Shown in pieces: positions 11,547-24,800 of a stretch of DNA of 64,000 nt. The position numbers were made by a program, and so were the translations under genes. Numbering within the stretch: the stretch's first letter is position 1; every line of letters begins with the position of its first letter. The stretch spans positions 5,044,101 to 5,108,100 of the forward strand of contig NC_092677.1 of assembly GCF_964355755.1 (NCBI RefSeq), in the 5' to 3' direction. The notes under the pieces were generated by a model. That model was not told where the DNA came from. It worked only from the letters and a program-made list of their open reading frames with translations, and made no database searches. Origin of the DNA: Antedon mediterranea (taxonomy: Eukaryota; Animalia; Echinodermata).

Positions 11547-14500
11547 ATGCATTTACTAGTAGGTGTAGTCATATTCCTGGTTTTTACTAATGGTAAGTAC
11601 CTTGTATTTCATTTCAATACAGTTTTATACTTCATGCTTATTATGCGATTGAAAGTATCATTTTCTGTGATAGTTTCTAAGCAATATTCAAAATCCTGAA
11701 GGATGAAAGCCACACAAAAAGACAAATAAAAAAGCATAAATATATTTTCTTTACTTTAGACCTAATAATATATTCTTTCATTTTAGAGGCCCATTGCCAG
11801 TTGGTGACAACATCTGACCAGGAAGCCAATGAAGGTGATGCTGAAGTGGGGATAACTTGTGATTATTCACAATTTACTTCAACTGCACCTTATGCAATAC
11901 AATGGGATGAACTAAATGATGGTGGAGTAATTATCAACCCAGGAATTGTGAATACTAATAAGGTGCAAAGTGAACGTTTCAGGTTAGAAACTTCTCCTGG
12001 TAAAGCTAATCTGGTGATGTCACAACCGCTGAGAAAAGATTCTCAAAGAATATTTCAATGTCAGATAAAAACACTAAGTGGAGATATTCAGTTATCAAAT
12101 CCATCTATTCTAACTGTATATTGTGAGTAAAGTAGATTTAATATTCTGTTATTATACCACTATTTCTGATGTAATACAATATTGCACCTCAGTAGAAGTT
12201 AACCTTTTTAGTAGATAGAGTCCTGGAGCATCAGTTTGGTAGTAGGGGTGTGAGAGACCGAGGTGAACACATTTTAGACAATAGACCTTTAGCTGCACCT
12301 AGAAATTTCATTTAAACTTGGAATTTATTGACTTTATTTATTATTATTTTTCTGTTCTATCAATGTTTTATCTGAAAAATATAGAACACTAACAATGAAA
12401 GTGCTAAAAGTATAATGAATAAAAATATCCAATCTGCAGACAGTACTATTTTGATCTTAGATCTTGTCAGTGCAGCTCAGGTTTCACAATTATTATATAG
12501 CTTGAGCTATGTTGGATATGGTACAATGATTATGAACACAAAGAGTGCACAAACTCAACGAGCGTGAAATGAAAAATTCTATTAAATAATAAATTATTCT
12601 AACAAAAATGCATGGTGTGGATTTGAAGAGTGCTAGTCTAGAAAACAACATGCTTTTGTATATAGCAGAATGTAGAGAAGTGTAATATCTTATCTGCATA
12701 AAGAATAAATATAAATAAAAAAAATTATTTAACAACATTAATGATCTTTACTCTAGAAAATGTATTCTTAAAAAATACATTTATATTTTCTTTCTTTTGA
12801 TAATCAGACTTAAATCAACCACTTCTTGATGCCTCAGCAAGTACTGTCTATGAAGGTCAATCAGTGACCTTTACCTGTAGTAAACCTGATGGTTATCCTA
12901 TTCCTGACATTATTTGGTATAGAGATGGACAGACAGTCAACACCGACAACCCTTCTAGATATGAGATTGCAAATAGCAGTACAGAGTTAGTTCTTAAGAT
13001 TAGATCTGCTACTGATGAAGATGGTGGGAGATATACATGTAAAGCAGGAAGTGATCAGTTTAAAGGAGATGATGCTAGAACAAGTGAAGGAAAACAGTTG
13101 ATTGTAATTGGATATTGTATGTACACATTACTTTTAACATTACTATTAATAATTGTCTTGTTAAAAGTATGATTTATGTGATTTAAATTTGATTTTAGTT
13201 TTAGTTTAAATCTAGAGATAGACAGCATTAACATGAGCTAAATTTGTCTTTTTAGATATTTCCATTAATTTTACATCTGATGGTAGTTTTGCAACCTGTT
13301 CAGCAGATGGCTATCCCAGACCATTATCAGTATTGATATTACAAGATGGAGAAGTGGTTAAGAAAAGAGAAAATACAGCAACTATAGAAATTAATGATGA
13401 GATATGTCAATCAAGTCTTACCTGTAATGCAGAAAATGGAAAACTTAATCAAACAGCAGCATTAGAGAACTGTGGTCCAGGTCATACAGTATTCAAAATA
13501 CAATTATTACAAAGCTATACATACAAGTTTTAAAACAATATTTTAAGAAATTTAAAAATGATGTTATAAAATAGGTCTTCCTGGTTGATAGTATATACCA
13601 TTCACCAGAAAGAATAATACATTGCTTGAATGTTAGACCTACAGATAAAATTAATTTACATTGACATCTGAGCTGATCTTGTACTCCTTTTTCAGATATC
13701 ACTGTTGAGTTTACATCTGAAGGTGGTTTAGCGACATGTATAGCGGAGGGCCATCCCAAGCCATTATCGGTATTGATATTAAAAGATGGGGAAGTGGTTG
13801 AGAAAGAAGAAAATACAGCAACTATAAAAATAGATGACGAGATATGTCAATCAAGTCTTACATGTTTTGCAGAGAATGGAAACCTTAATGACACAGCCAC
13901 ACTGGAGAACTGTAGGCCCAAAGCTGGTAGACCTACAGATGGGCCTACAGGCAATATGAAAGGTACGTCACCATACTGTATTTACCAAGTTAGGTTAGTG
14001 ACTGAGCAATACATGTTGGTGGTATTTAGTTTAATGTAAAATGCAACCAACCATTGTTAAAAGATGATTTAATCATCGTAGTGATGTCTCAAAAGAGAAA
14101 GAAAGTTAAGAGAAAAAACAAAATGATTAAACAAATGTGTCAATATGAGTTAACAAATTAGAAAATAGTATAAAACAATGTTAATGTGTAGAAGAAAATG
14201 AATGTTAAAAGAAAATTTTTTTTGATTTTATTTATTACGTGCAATGTATTTCAATATTTTAAAAGATGATAAAATAAAAGTGGGATATACCAAGTAGATC
14301 ACCAAAATACATCAGGCCCGTAGCCAGGGGGGGTTTTTATGGTTCGGGCAAACCCCCCCTTTACAGCGAACCCCCCTTAACCGACTGCGAACCCCCATCC
14401 CCGACATGCCCAATACCTCACCCTCATCTCCAAAAATCCTCCAAATACGTGCCCCACAGTACAAAAAGTTGTTTGTAAATTGAAAAATTCGTAAACTTGT

Positions 14501-15877
14501 TCGTGAACCTTCTTCTCTGTATGAGCGTCAACTAGCGATACGTGTCTGTAAATTTCTAAAAGCTGCAAATGAATTGCCGATTTTAACCTGAAAAATAAAT
14601 GTTTGGTCCCTGCATGTAACATGATATTGACGCGTCTCATAGCGAACTGGGGCACGAACGATTCGTACAAAGGACACCGCCAGACAACTGCGTACCTATA
14701 ATTGTTTAGATCACTGGCAGTCAGGCAGCATGCATAAAGTATAATGTATCATAGAGGATTATAGTGAATATTAATATTTTACACTATAATAGTTCACATT
14801 ATGGCATCCGATTATTTTTTTCTAGACCACCAGCCGATACGTACTAAAATGTATCAATATCACCTATTTAAATATTTATATTCCTCAACAAATTGCTGTA
14901 AATAAATATTATAGATAGAGCTAGCAAATAGCATTTGCCTTCAACCAGTGTGCTTTTTTCGGGGCTGCTCCTAGATGTACGTTCGCATTGAACTTGAACG
15001 CAAAACAAAATACGGAGTAAATGATCAAGCAATCGGCGGTTCCGCACAGAGCACGATCTAACATACGGCAACAAATAGTTATCGTCCTTTAAATTATCGA
15101 CGTGTTTGAGAAGGAGGAAAAAAGTACGATCTTTTTGCTCATTGGTAGCATACTGCACGAGAGTGTCTTTTCCGGCCATCTAGGGGTGACATTTAACAAA
15201 ATTCGCTTCGCATCAGGCCCCACCCCCAGGGGGAGGGGCGGGTTGACCCAAATATTTAGTGTCCGAACCCCCCCTTGACAGATCCTGGCTACGGCCCTGT
15301 ACATTGCTCTTTAAACACTCCTTTTTGTTAAAACACAATTTGAAACAATGCAACTGTCAGACATTAATAACATGATGATTAACATCGCAAAATATTGCTT
15401 TATTTCATGTTCATCAAGACAACAACTACCGTACTAAAGTAACTACCATATCACAACATATTCTGCCTTTTCCATCTTCCCCATGAAACATCCAACCTTC
15501 CTCATTAGCAGTTAACACAATATCGCAAAGCAGAACACCAATAAGACTGGAAATTGGCACAGCCATTCTTCTTAACCAGAAATAGAAACATTTTTATAAA
15601 ATTGTGGTCAGTTGAAGAATTCACTAATTGCATTTTTAAAAATCACAGTAAATACTGCTGCAGGATATTTAACTGTAATGTATATTCATTAAAACATTGA
15701 TAGAGGTTTTTCAACGATAAGATGTATTTCCATTGAAATAACTTTGTTTTGATAATTGTTTATAATTGAAAATAAATTTGTTGTTAACAGTTATTTCAGA
15801 AGATTCAGGATCATCATACGCCATAATTCTGATTATTTTGTTTGTTGGTTTATTGACATGGTTACTTCTTCTTGTTT
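11547..15877 (+). CDS. Gene B N-terminal ectodomain and TM exons (V, I, two short C2 domains)
   Basis: Signal peptide MHLLVGVVIFLVFTN. ORFs 11801-12130, 12864-13172, 13333-13533 and 13773-14039 carry Ig Cys/Trp motifs paralogous to genes A and C. TM YAIILIILFVGLLTWLLLLV. Confidence 0.85.
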
Positions 15878-18800
15878 GTAAGTATCATGTACTGTATTAC
15901 TTAATGTCACTTTTGAATATCATAAGCCCTTTTTATTTCAGTGAATTTTAATAACAGTATTCACAAATTTGAAACCCTCAACTATGTTAGGGTTACATGG
16001 AGTACTATTAGAATGTTTTTATTTAGAATTTTTTATTTAGAATTTTTTATTTTTGGGATTTTGATTATTAATTGTAGTTTGATGAGTAATGAAACGAAAT
16101 AAATACTGCATGGACATAGATTACATAATATTTCATAATGATATTGATACAAAGATTGCTTTTACAGTATATTGGTAGACCAATAGGATTTATTTTAATT
16201 TAAAAAAATTTATTTTGTTTTAGATTTTATTTTTTACAAGAACATTGAGTGGAGCAATCAAGATAATGATATAGTGAGAGTTGAAGGTGGTAATCCAGTT
16301 GTGATGAGTTTTAAATACCGTCCAAGTATTGCAAGGTTCAAGACTTTTGAAATAAAGAAAGACAACAAGGTGCTTGGTTCAAATCAAAAGCAATTCATTA
16401 GTTGTAAAACAGTCTGTCAGTTTGTCTGTTATTGCTGTCTTTACTTTTTTGGATTTTTTTGTATTGAATACTGCATAAATAAAGGTAAGTTACATATTTT
16501 AATTTTGTTAGTAGGTCATTGTTTCTCAAGTCATCATTTCTGACAGTTCTAAAAGTTAGTAGTCTGATGTTGTTATTATTGATATATAAAAGTTTTTAAA
16601 TACAGCACTTTTTTACTTTATTCTGCTGGGAGAATGATACATTGTTTGTATATCATTGTTAATGGCTTACTGTCGATTTCTTTTCATTATACCTGTACAT
16701 TAGATGAATATTTTCTTATTTTTATTTAATAGTTAAATACAACAATAAAGATAAAAAGAAACATGGAAGGAGGTGAGTTGAGTTTGTAACATTGGTGGGA
16801 TTTATTTTGATTATTATATTTTAGCTAATTACAAATTTTATTGAAAGGTTATGGTTAATAAAAGAGAATGTCCTGGTGATGCATAGGTCTTCTTTGTAGT
16901 TTAATATTATTATCTTGTATTGTGTTCCTTATAGCAGTGGCAATAGAGGTGGTGAAGAGTATCAGATGATGGTCATTGAAAGACAAGGTCCTGATGGTGC
17001 AGAGTTACCTGCTGTTGTAATACAATTACCTAACAAGGATACAACAACTGACGAAACTGCTGTACAACAACCAACAGCAGCCACTGAATCTGAACAAAGT
17101 TCAGAGGTATTGTGAAAATACTAAATCCTTCATTCCTTGAATTGAAAGTACAAAGATACAAAAAGAAAAAAGACATGTTTGTTTAATAAAGTATTGTGTG
17201 TTTTGTGGTGTTTCGAAAAGGAAATTTTGACTCCTCCAATTTGATTCCTCTTTGGTACTTGAATTCTGTTTTTTAACAATAAAATGTTATCCTTTTTTTT
17301 CTAATTAGAGTAAAACCTATTCTTTGGGACACCTCTGTTCAAGGGCCACCCCAATTAAGGGGATACTTATCTGTGAAATAAATGAGACGCAATTTATTAT
17401 ATTGTAGCACTATGGCCAACCTTATTATGAGCCAAATGTGACCCTTATGGGTTTTACTATATTAACAAAATATAATTGTTTTTTTTCAAAGACAAATCCT
17501 GATGATGAAGATACTGAACTTTTAGCACAACATCAAGCAACATCTGATGTTAATACTGAAATTTCTGAAGAGGAAGGTAAACTTTTATATTATTTTCTAG
17601 AATACTTTTTTAGTATTTGGTAGGGGAAATGTTAACATTTGTTGTCACTATAATGTATTCTCAAAGCTGAGGTTTCCATTTTGAAAAAGTAAATTCGATA
17701 TTACCTGATACTTTTATTGTCAATATGAACAGATTGACTTTAGAATTCTTTTTCAGATGTAATAAAAACATGATGACATTAAAATGTTAAACACATGAGC
17801 AAATCAAAAGATATATAATCCTATTTGCACTATATATTGTGTATATTGAATTATGGGTAGAATTTTAACAAACTTGACCACCTCCAACCGACAATACAAA
17901 ATAGATTAATTAGCTGTAGATGGCAAGATTTATTGAATATGAGTTCATGATGTGGGATGGTAAATTTTTCTGATATTAAAATTCAATTCTTTCTCTCTGC
18001 TCTATTTTTAAAAGTCTGAAATCAAAATCCTATATCTGTAATAATATTTTATTAATCAATTAATCAATTTTGTTTACGTTTTGCTTGATAAATCTCAAAC
18101 TCAATACTACTGATCAGTAAAGTATTTTTTATGTTTTTTGTTTAAAAGGATGACATTTCGGCAACAATCATACAGTAAGAATTTATTAACATAAAAGCTT
18201 TAGAATGAGGCGTCCTCATTTTTGAAAATAATTTCTCACTTCCAATTCTAATCCTATAAATCCTAACGATGCATAGGATATTATTTGATAATGTTTCTTG
18301 GGTTTTTTAATTCATTGGCTTTTAACAATCATCAAAAAATTAACACGTGAAAGATAAGTACAGGCTCTTTTTAATTTATAGACAAACCCTTTTTGCAAAT
18401 AGAATATTCTCTAGGTTTGGTCAATTGAATAAACAAACAAACATAGAGCAGAGGGTATGCATGTAGCAGCATCATTCAACAAGATTTTGTTTGTTATTTG
18501 TTTTTAAAAACTGGTATTCCAATTCAGTGGTTCTTTGTTATATACAGTTTATTTCTGGCTAAATATTTTAATGAAATGTTAGTTTCTAGGTTTATATATA
18601 TAAATCCAAAGGCAAATTACTGAGAAAAATGACAATGCTGTGGGTATCAGTGGCTGGATCTCAATGGAGATACAAAAATAAAAAAGCGAAAAGCTAAATC
18701 AAAACGATAAAGTAAACAGCCAGAAAAGTTAGCAGAGCTTTCGGGCAACACTAGCCCTTCATCAGTGCAAGTGAAGGAATTTGGATAACATCATAGTATA

Positions 18801-21800
18801 AAGCTGGCAAGTGCTGCCTGGGTGGACATGAATAAAAGAAATATAACAAAGGGAGCCAGGGTGGAGTCTGAATAAGAGTGGAAAACAAAGAAGGTAGCTT
18901 GGTAGAGATATAAACAATTTTGGAATGAGACTAAAAAACAGCTAAAATGGTGGTTAATATTGAAACTTAAATTTTGGTAGTCAATGGAATAATTTTACTG
19001 ATCTGGGAGTATGTTATATATATATATATATTACCTCTTACATTCTATAACATTTGCAACCATTAATTAAGTACTCTAACACTGCCTTTGATTTTTAAGA
19101 TCTACCTTATTTTTTTCCTTTGTTTCTTTGTACTTTTTCATGTAAAAGTCGGGGATACTCATTTCCCTTGTATTACCATATTGTCTACTGTGTGTAACCT
19201 TTACTTATGAAAAAGTAGAAATAAAGATTACCGAACCTGACTGAAGCTGAAACTACAAGAAAAAAAGGCTAGAGGACATCTACATGCAATTTATATTAAG
19301 ATTTTATTTATGTACAATTTGTTGCTACTACTCAATTGGATTTTATTTTTAAAAAGCATGTTTCCTATAATATTTTTGCCCTTCAACAGATTCTGTATAT
19401 TTTTCTAAGACTAAGTTGTATTGTTGTTGTTTTTATGTTGTTTTAGCAAAAGACTCAAATGAAAGGTAACGGTTTGTGGTACTATAGCCAGAAAAGCTTA
19501 TTTAATGTTTTGCTTTAATTGCTTAGATTATTTATGTTGACAATTTAAAACATCAGAATATTATCTATCATCTTATTTATCTAATCATTTTCTACTTTTA
19601 TTCTTTTGTTTATTAGTTACTGTGTAGTACAGCTGTATCTGCCAATATTTGTTTGTTAACTGAATTCTAAATAAAATACACTATGTACATCAAGCACCTT
19701 TAAACCACAAGCTTCTATTTTGTGTGCTACATCTACAAACACCAACAATGTATTTTGGTTTATAAACATAACTGATTTTGATCTGAATTCTGATTCTTAA
19801 CTTTTTTTCCCTGCTCTAAAGTTACAATCTTCGTCGCATACTTTGTGATCTTCAATATGCTTAATTTAGTGAATATCACTATGTGTTTGTTGGAATCTTT
19901 GCTGCGCTTATTTGTAAATCTTTGGTGAACTTACTTTTCGTAGTATATTGCTTTTTTTATACCACTGTATTTTATACTCCCACTTTGTGTGGTATAAGAT
20001 GAATAAATTCCCTTACAATAACCTTTAAATTTTACATTCAATGGTTTAGTAAATTACCTTGTGTTATTGTTTGTTTTAAATTCTAATTCTTTCTTCATTC
20101 TTTCTTTTTTTTTAGATCTGATAAGCACTCAAGTAAGTAAAAACCATGATATTTTCTTTTAATATGACATTTACAAAGTGACATTACATTTATTTAAAGC
20201 TGATTCCTTCATAAAAGATGAAGTTTGTTTTAAGTAGAATAGGAACTTTCGTGTATATCAACATACCAGTATTTTATTCATTGATCTATATACAAAAGCC
20301 CATTTTATTATTGAATGGTGGATATCAAATTAATATTTTACTTTCAACTTGAAGGTAAATCATCTGCAATTAATATATATTTACTTTTCAGTGTTTACAA
20401 ATGGAAGAGGAAAAATCGGTCTAACGGTTTCAAATCTCGTGATATCTGATTCAGGAGAGTACAACTGCAACATAGAGGGCAATAGACAGCCAGGTCAAGG
20501 TGTCAAAAATTTAACTGTTTATTGTGAGTTTTATAAAAGATTTATTTTATTATTTTTATTATTTTTTTAATCACTTCACTCTACCATGTCAGATAAGATT
20601 ACAATTAAATAATGTATTAAATAATTGTTTAAGTTAAATCAGTTCCATGTGTTAAGTTCATAATTTTTATCTATCTAGTGGATAAGTAGTGGCCACCATT
20701 CCTTCATCTATGTAAAATGAATTATAACAATGTAACTTAGCTCTGTTTACACTATAAAACTAGTTTGACAAAAAAGTGTGATGTTCCAAAATATGGTAGT
20801 GATGCTCAAATACGGTAGTGATATGACATCATCATGTCCATATATGGGCACATCACATTATTTTGTAAAGTTTGATGGTGTAGACAAAGCTTAAGAGCAA
20901 ATTTCATCAGCTTATATATTTCTTGAAGGGATTGAGAGGAAAAATCATGGGTACTCAACAGAAGAAGGTATCAATAATTTTGAAATGAAGTGCAGATATG
21001 GACCATCAGATATGCCATTAACAGGTTACAAGTGGAAGAAGATTAAGGAAGATGGCACAACAGAGATTGAGGATTGTTCTCAAGATTCTAGATTTGAAGT
21101 AACAAGTTACCAAAATAGCATTCTGTCTTTGAAGATAAAGAATGTTATACTTGGTGATGCTGGGATGTATCAATGTGAAGTGAAGCCAGTTGATGGAGAA
21201 AAAATACTGAAAGATACTACACATCTGACAGTGAAGGAAGGTAACTTTATAGAATTAAATGAGAACCTGTTTATTTTTTTTTGTCTGGTTTAGAAAATGT
21301 GTGTGATAGTAAAGTATATGGTACAGTTGAGAAAATGTTGATGTTTATAATGCTTGATAAAGTGAAGTTAAGGGAATTTATCAACCTTAGGCTTGTGCAT
21401 GTTTAAGCTTGCCAAGAGATTGCCTACTGTAGTATTTCCAGAAGTTCATTGAAAAAGAAATTTAAATACAAAGTACACATTTTATCTTTTTTTCTTTAAA
21501 AGGCCTATAACATGGAATGTTTGTTTATCCTGTGTAATAATATGCATATTGATAATCTATTATTTACTAGCAAAATATAATGTAAATTTTGTATTAAGCT
21601 GATGAATATATTTTTGTTTAAAAACATTTTTTCCTGGAAATGTCTTTTATAGATGTTATCAAAATGGAGATTTCTGATGTTACTATCTATGAGGGTTTCA
21701 AGAGTGCTACATTGTTGTTAAACATAAGATATGTTGATGATTCTGCTAACATATCCAAAATCACATGGTGTATTAAGTATGTTGAAGGTGATGCAAAGAT

Positions 21801-24800
21801 GTTGTTAACATCACCTGATTCACGCTATGAATGTGAATATTTGGATTCAAAGAACAGTGTATGTTTTAATATCAACAATGTTGAACCTGAAGATGAAGGA
21901 GAGTACATATGTGAAGTAGAAGTTAAAGGAAGACAGAAAATATACAGATGTTCTGGAAGGCTAACGGTTAAAGGTAATGTATATGCTGCCAAATTAAAAT
22001 ACCTGGAATACCAGAGGTTGCAAATTCTTATTGTGAATCCAAATCAAACATACTGTAAATTTGAAGATGTAAACAACATTTTCCCACACACTTGCTTATA
22101 GCAATACTCATCAACAAAAGCATTTCTTAGGTAGTTTTGTTGTTGTTTGAATTCCAATATTTGGTTCATTCTGTCATTAATATCTACTGTTTTGAAACTG
22201 TGTTCATATTGTCGTCGTTCGGGTTCTATTCTACTTATGTCTTGTCAGGACGCACACACCAGAAGTAACGACGATACAATAAAAAGATTGGTTGCAATTT
22301 GGTATTCTTTATTTGTGAATATCCGTACCTCAAGGTGAAGAACACAACAGCAATGAAACAAAAATACAAAAAAACAAAACCCCTAAAAAACAATTAGAGA
22401 AATTCTTTAACAAAAAGTATAAAAGTTGACAATACATTATCTATCTCAACTATATAAATATCTCAAAACAAACAACAAGTTCTTAACATTTCTTTATATC
22501 GCATTAAGAATATTTCTGATAAAATCATTAACTAGGCCTCAATCAGTAGCATTGTACCCATAATAATACATGATATCAACAATCTAGCACTTGGCCATTC
22601 TGACTTACCCAACTAGAGATAAACTATCTTAAATCCTCAACTCAAAAAAATGACGGTAATCCTCCAATTTTGTGGTCAAATCTCACTTGTGCAAAACACT
22701 AAAAACAATAATCAATATAAGCCACAATAGTATAAACTAACCAACCTAATTATCTATTACTCTTCTATACTACTTATAACTAGCTCAAAACTCTAAAATA
22801 TTCATTTAAAATCTGACGCTAGATCCACATGGGCGCAGCCATCTTGAATCTTTGTTTACAACTATAGCGCCACCAATCATAAAATAAATCTTAATCAACT
22901 ACAGCATGACGCCCTCATCGGTCAAAAACTAGTTTACAAATCCACCATTTTATCGATAAAACTCATGTTCCGTGAACATAATCCTCGCAACATAATAAAT
23001 ACTCATAATCCAATAATTATACTCTTCCCTCAATAATATAATTATTTATAGGTCAATCACTGACACACAACTAGCCTGAGAAACAATATCTCCAATGTAA
23101 TTATTAACTCAATTTGTACCACTCTATGACTGATTTGACAGCGAGGTACACTAGCTGATTCTGTTGGCACAAAGCGAACATTTCCAACATAACTCGGTTG
23201 CGAATAACATTCATTCGAGCCTAGCCTAAAGTTACTTAATATATCGTGCAAACTACTTTTATCATCTACTGTAACTAACGTACCTTAGAACAAAATAATA
23301 TCAATCTAAAATTTGAAGTTTAACAGGTTTAATCAATCAGATGCATAAAGATAAATAACGGATGTTATTAACCTCAATCTCAGTTATCGGCGCTCCAAAA
23401 ACATGTCCTCTCGCAGTCGCGGTAACAGCCTCATTACACCGAACCATCATCAAAAATTATTACTCCTATAATCGTTTTCTTAATTCTCACTATTGCATTC
23501 AAAGTTTGTAATGTAAAGTATAACAAAATTGTATTAATGTATAAATCGTAATTTAACAACCAAGCTCTAAAATTGAACATCGTCAAATAACACTTAATTT
23601 GATGAACTATATTATTACACTGTTCTAGTTAGTTTGAATGAATTCAGTCTACGACAATATTATGGTATCATTACATGAGTTGATTCTTTTTTTATATATA
23701 GAAACAAGGGCCTACTCCCAAAAAAAGTAAGCAACTCTTACAAGTTGCAGTTACTGTATAATGGTGACAAAAATGTTTGTTTTTAATTAAATTTTGTTTG
23801 AACCATTTGTATTTGTAGGTCCTATAAAAATGGATATTCCTGATGTTATAACCAATAAAGGTGTGGAATGTGATAAGTTGTTGTTGAAACTTACATATTT
23901 TGATAAGTCTGCTGAAATATCTAATATCACATGGTATAAGCAGGTTGAAGGTGAAGCAAAAGAGCTGACATCATGGCAGTCACCTAATCCAACATCCGTA
24001 CAGTCACCTGATCCAACATCCATACAGTCACCTGATCCAACATCTGTACAGTCACCTGATCCAACATCCGTACAGTCACCTGATCCAACATCCGTACAGT
24101 CACCTGATCCAACATCCGTACAGTCACCTGATCCAACATCCGTACAGTCACCTGATCCAACATCATCACAGTCACCTGAGCCAACATCACGCTATGAAAT
24201 TGGATTTGTGGGTCAGAGCAATGTATATCTCAACATCAGCAATGTTGAATTTGAAGATGCAGGAGAGTACATATGTGAAGTGAAAATTGCAGGAAGACAG
24301 AAAACATACAGTTGTTCTGGAACTTTAACAGTTCAAGGTAATATATCTAAAAACATTTCTTTGCTGGAATTAAATACTACACTACTAATATACAACCTTG
24401 GAAGTAATATGTTTAGAAATGGCAAATGTGGTGTTTTATTAACAATAATAGTGAAAAATAATTGTATATTCCTACTTTCAGATATGACACTAAATGACTG
24501 TCTTGTGACAGTTGAAGATAAAGCTGTTTTAACTTGCAGGTATCAAATTAAGAATCCAGTAAAATCTATCAATTGGTATAAGAAGACTTGTGGTGAATAC
24601 AAGATGATATTTACTTCTGATACATTCAATCAGAAGATAGCAAATGTACCAGAAAGATATAAAGCAACTTTTAAGGATAATGAAACAAGCTTAGAGTTTG
24701 AGCAAGTGTCGGTAACTGATGCTGGAGAGTACATGTGTAAACTTGAGATTGAGCACTGTACACCAATGACCAAATTAGCAAACTTGTCTGTACAATGTAA

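Noticed and set aside
11787-12122. RAG-type V(D)J rearrangement of the V exons
   Set aside because: Each V exon already includes its G strand (LTVY) and a splice donor; no CACAGTG heptamer adjoins them.
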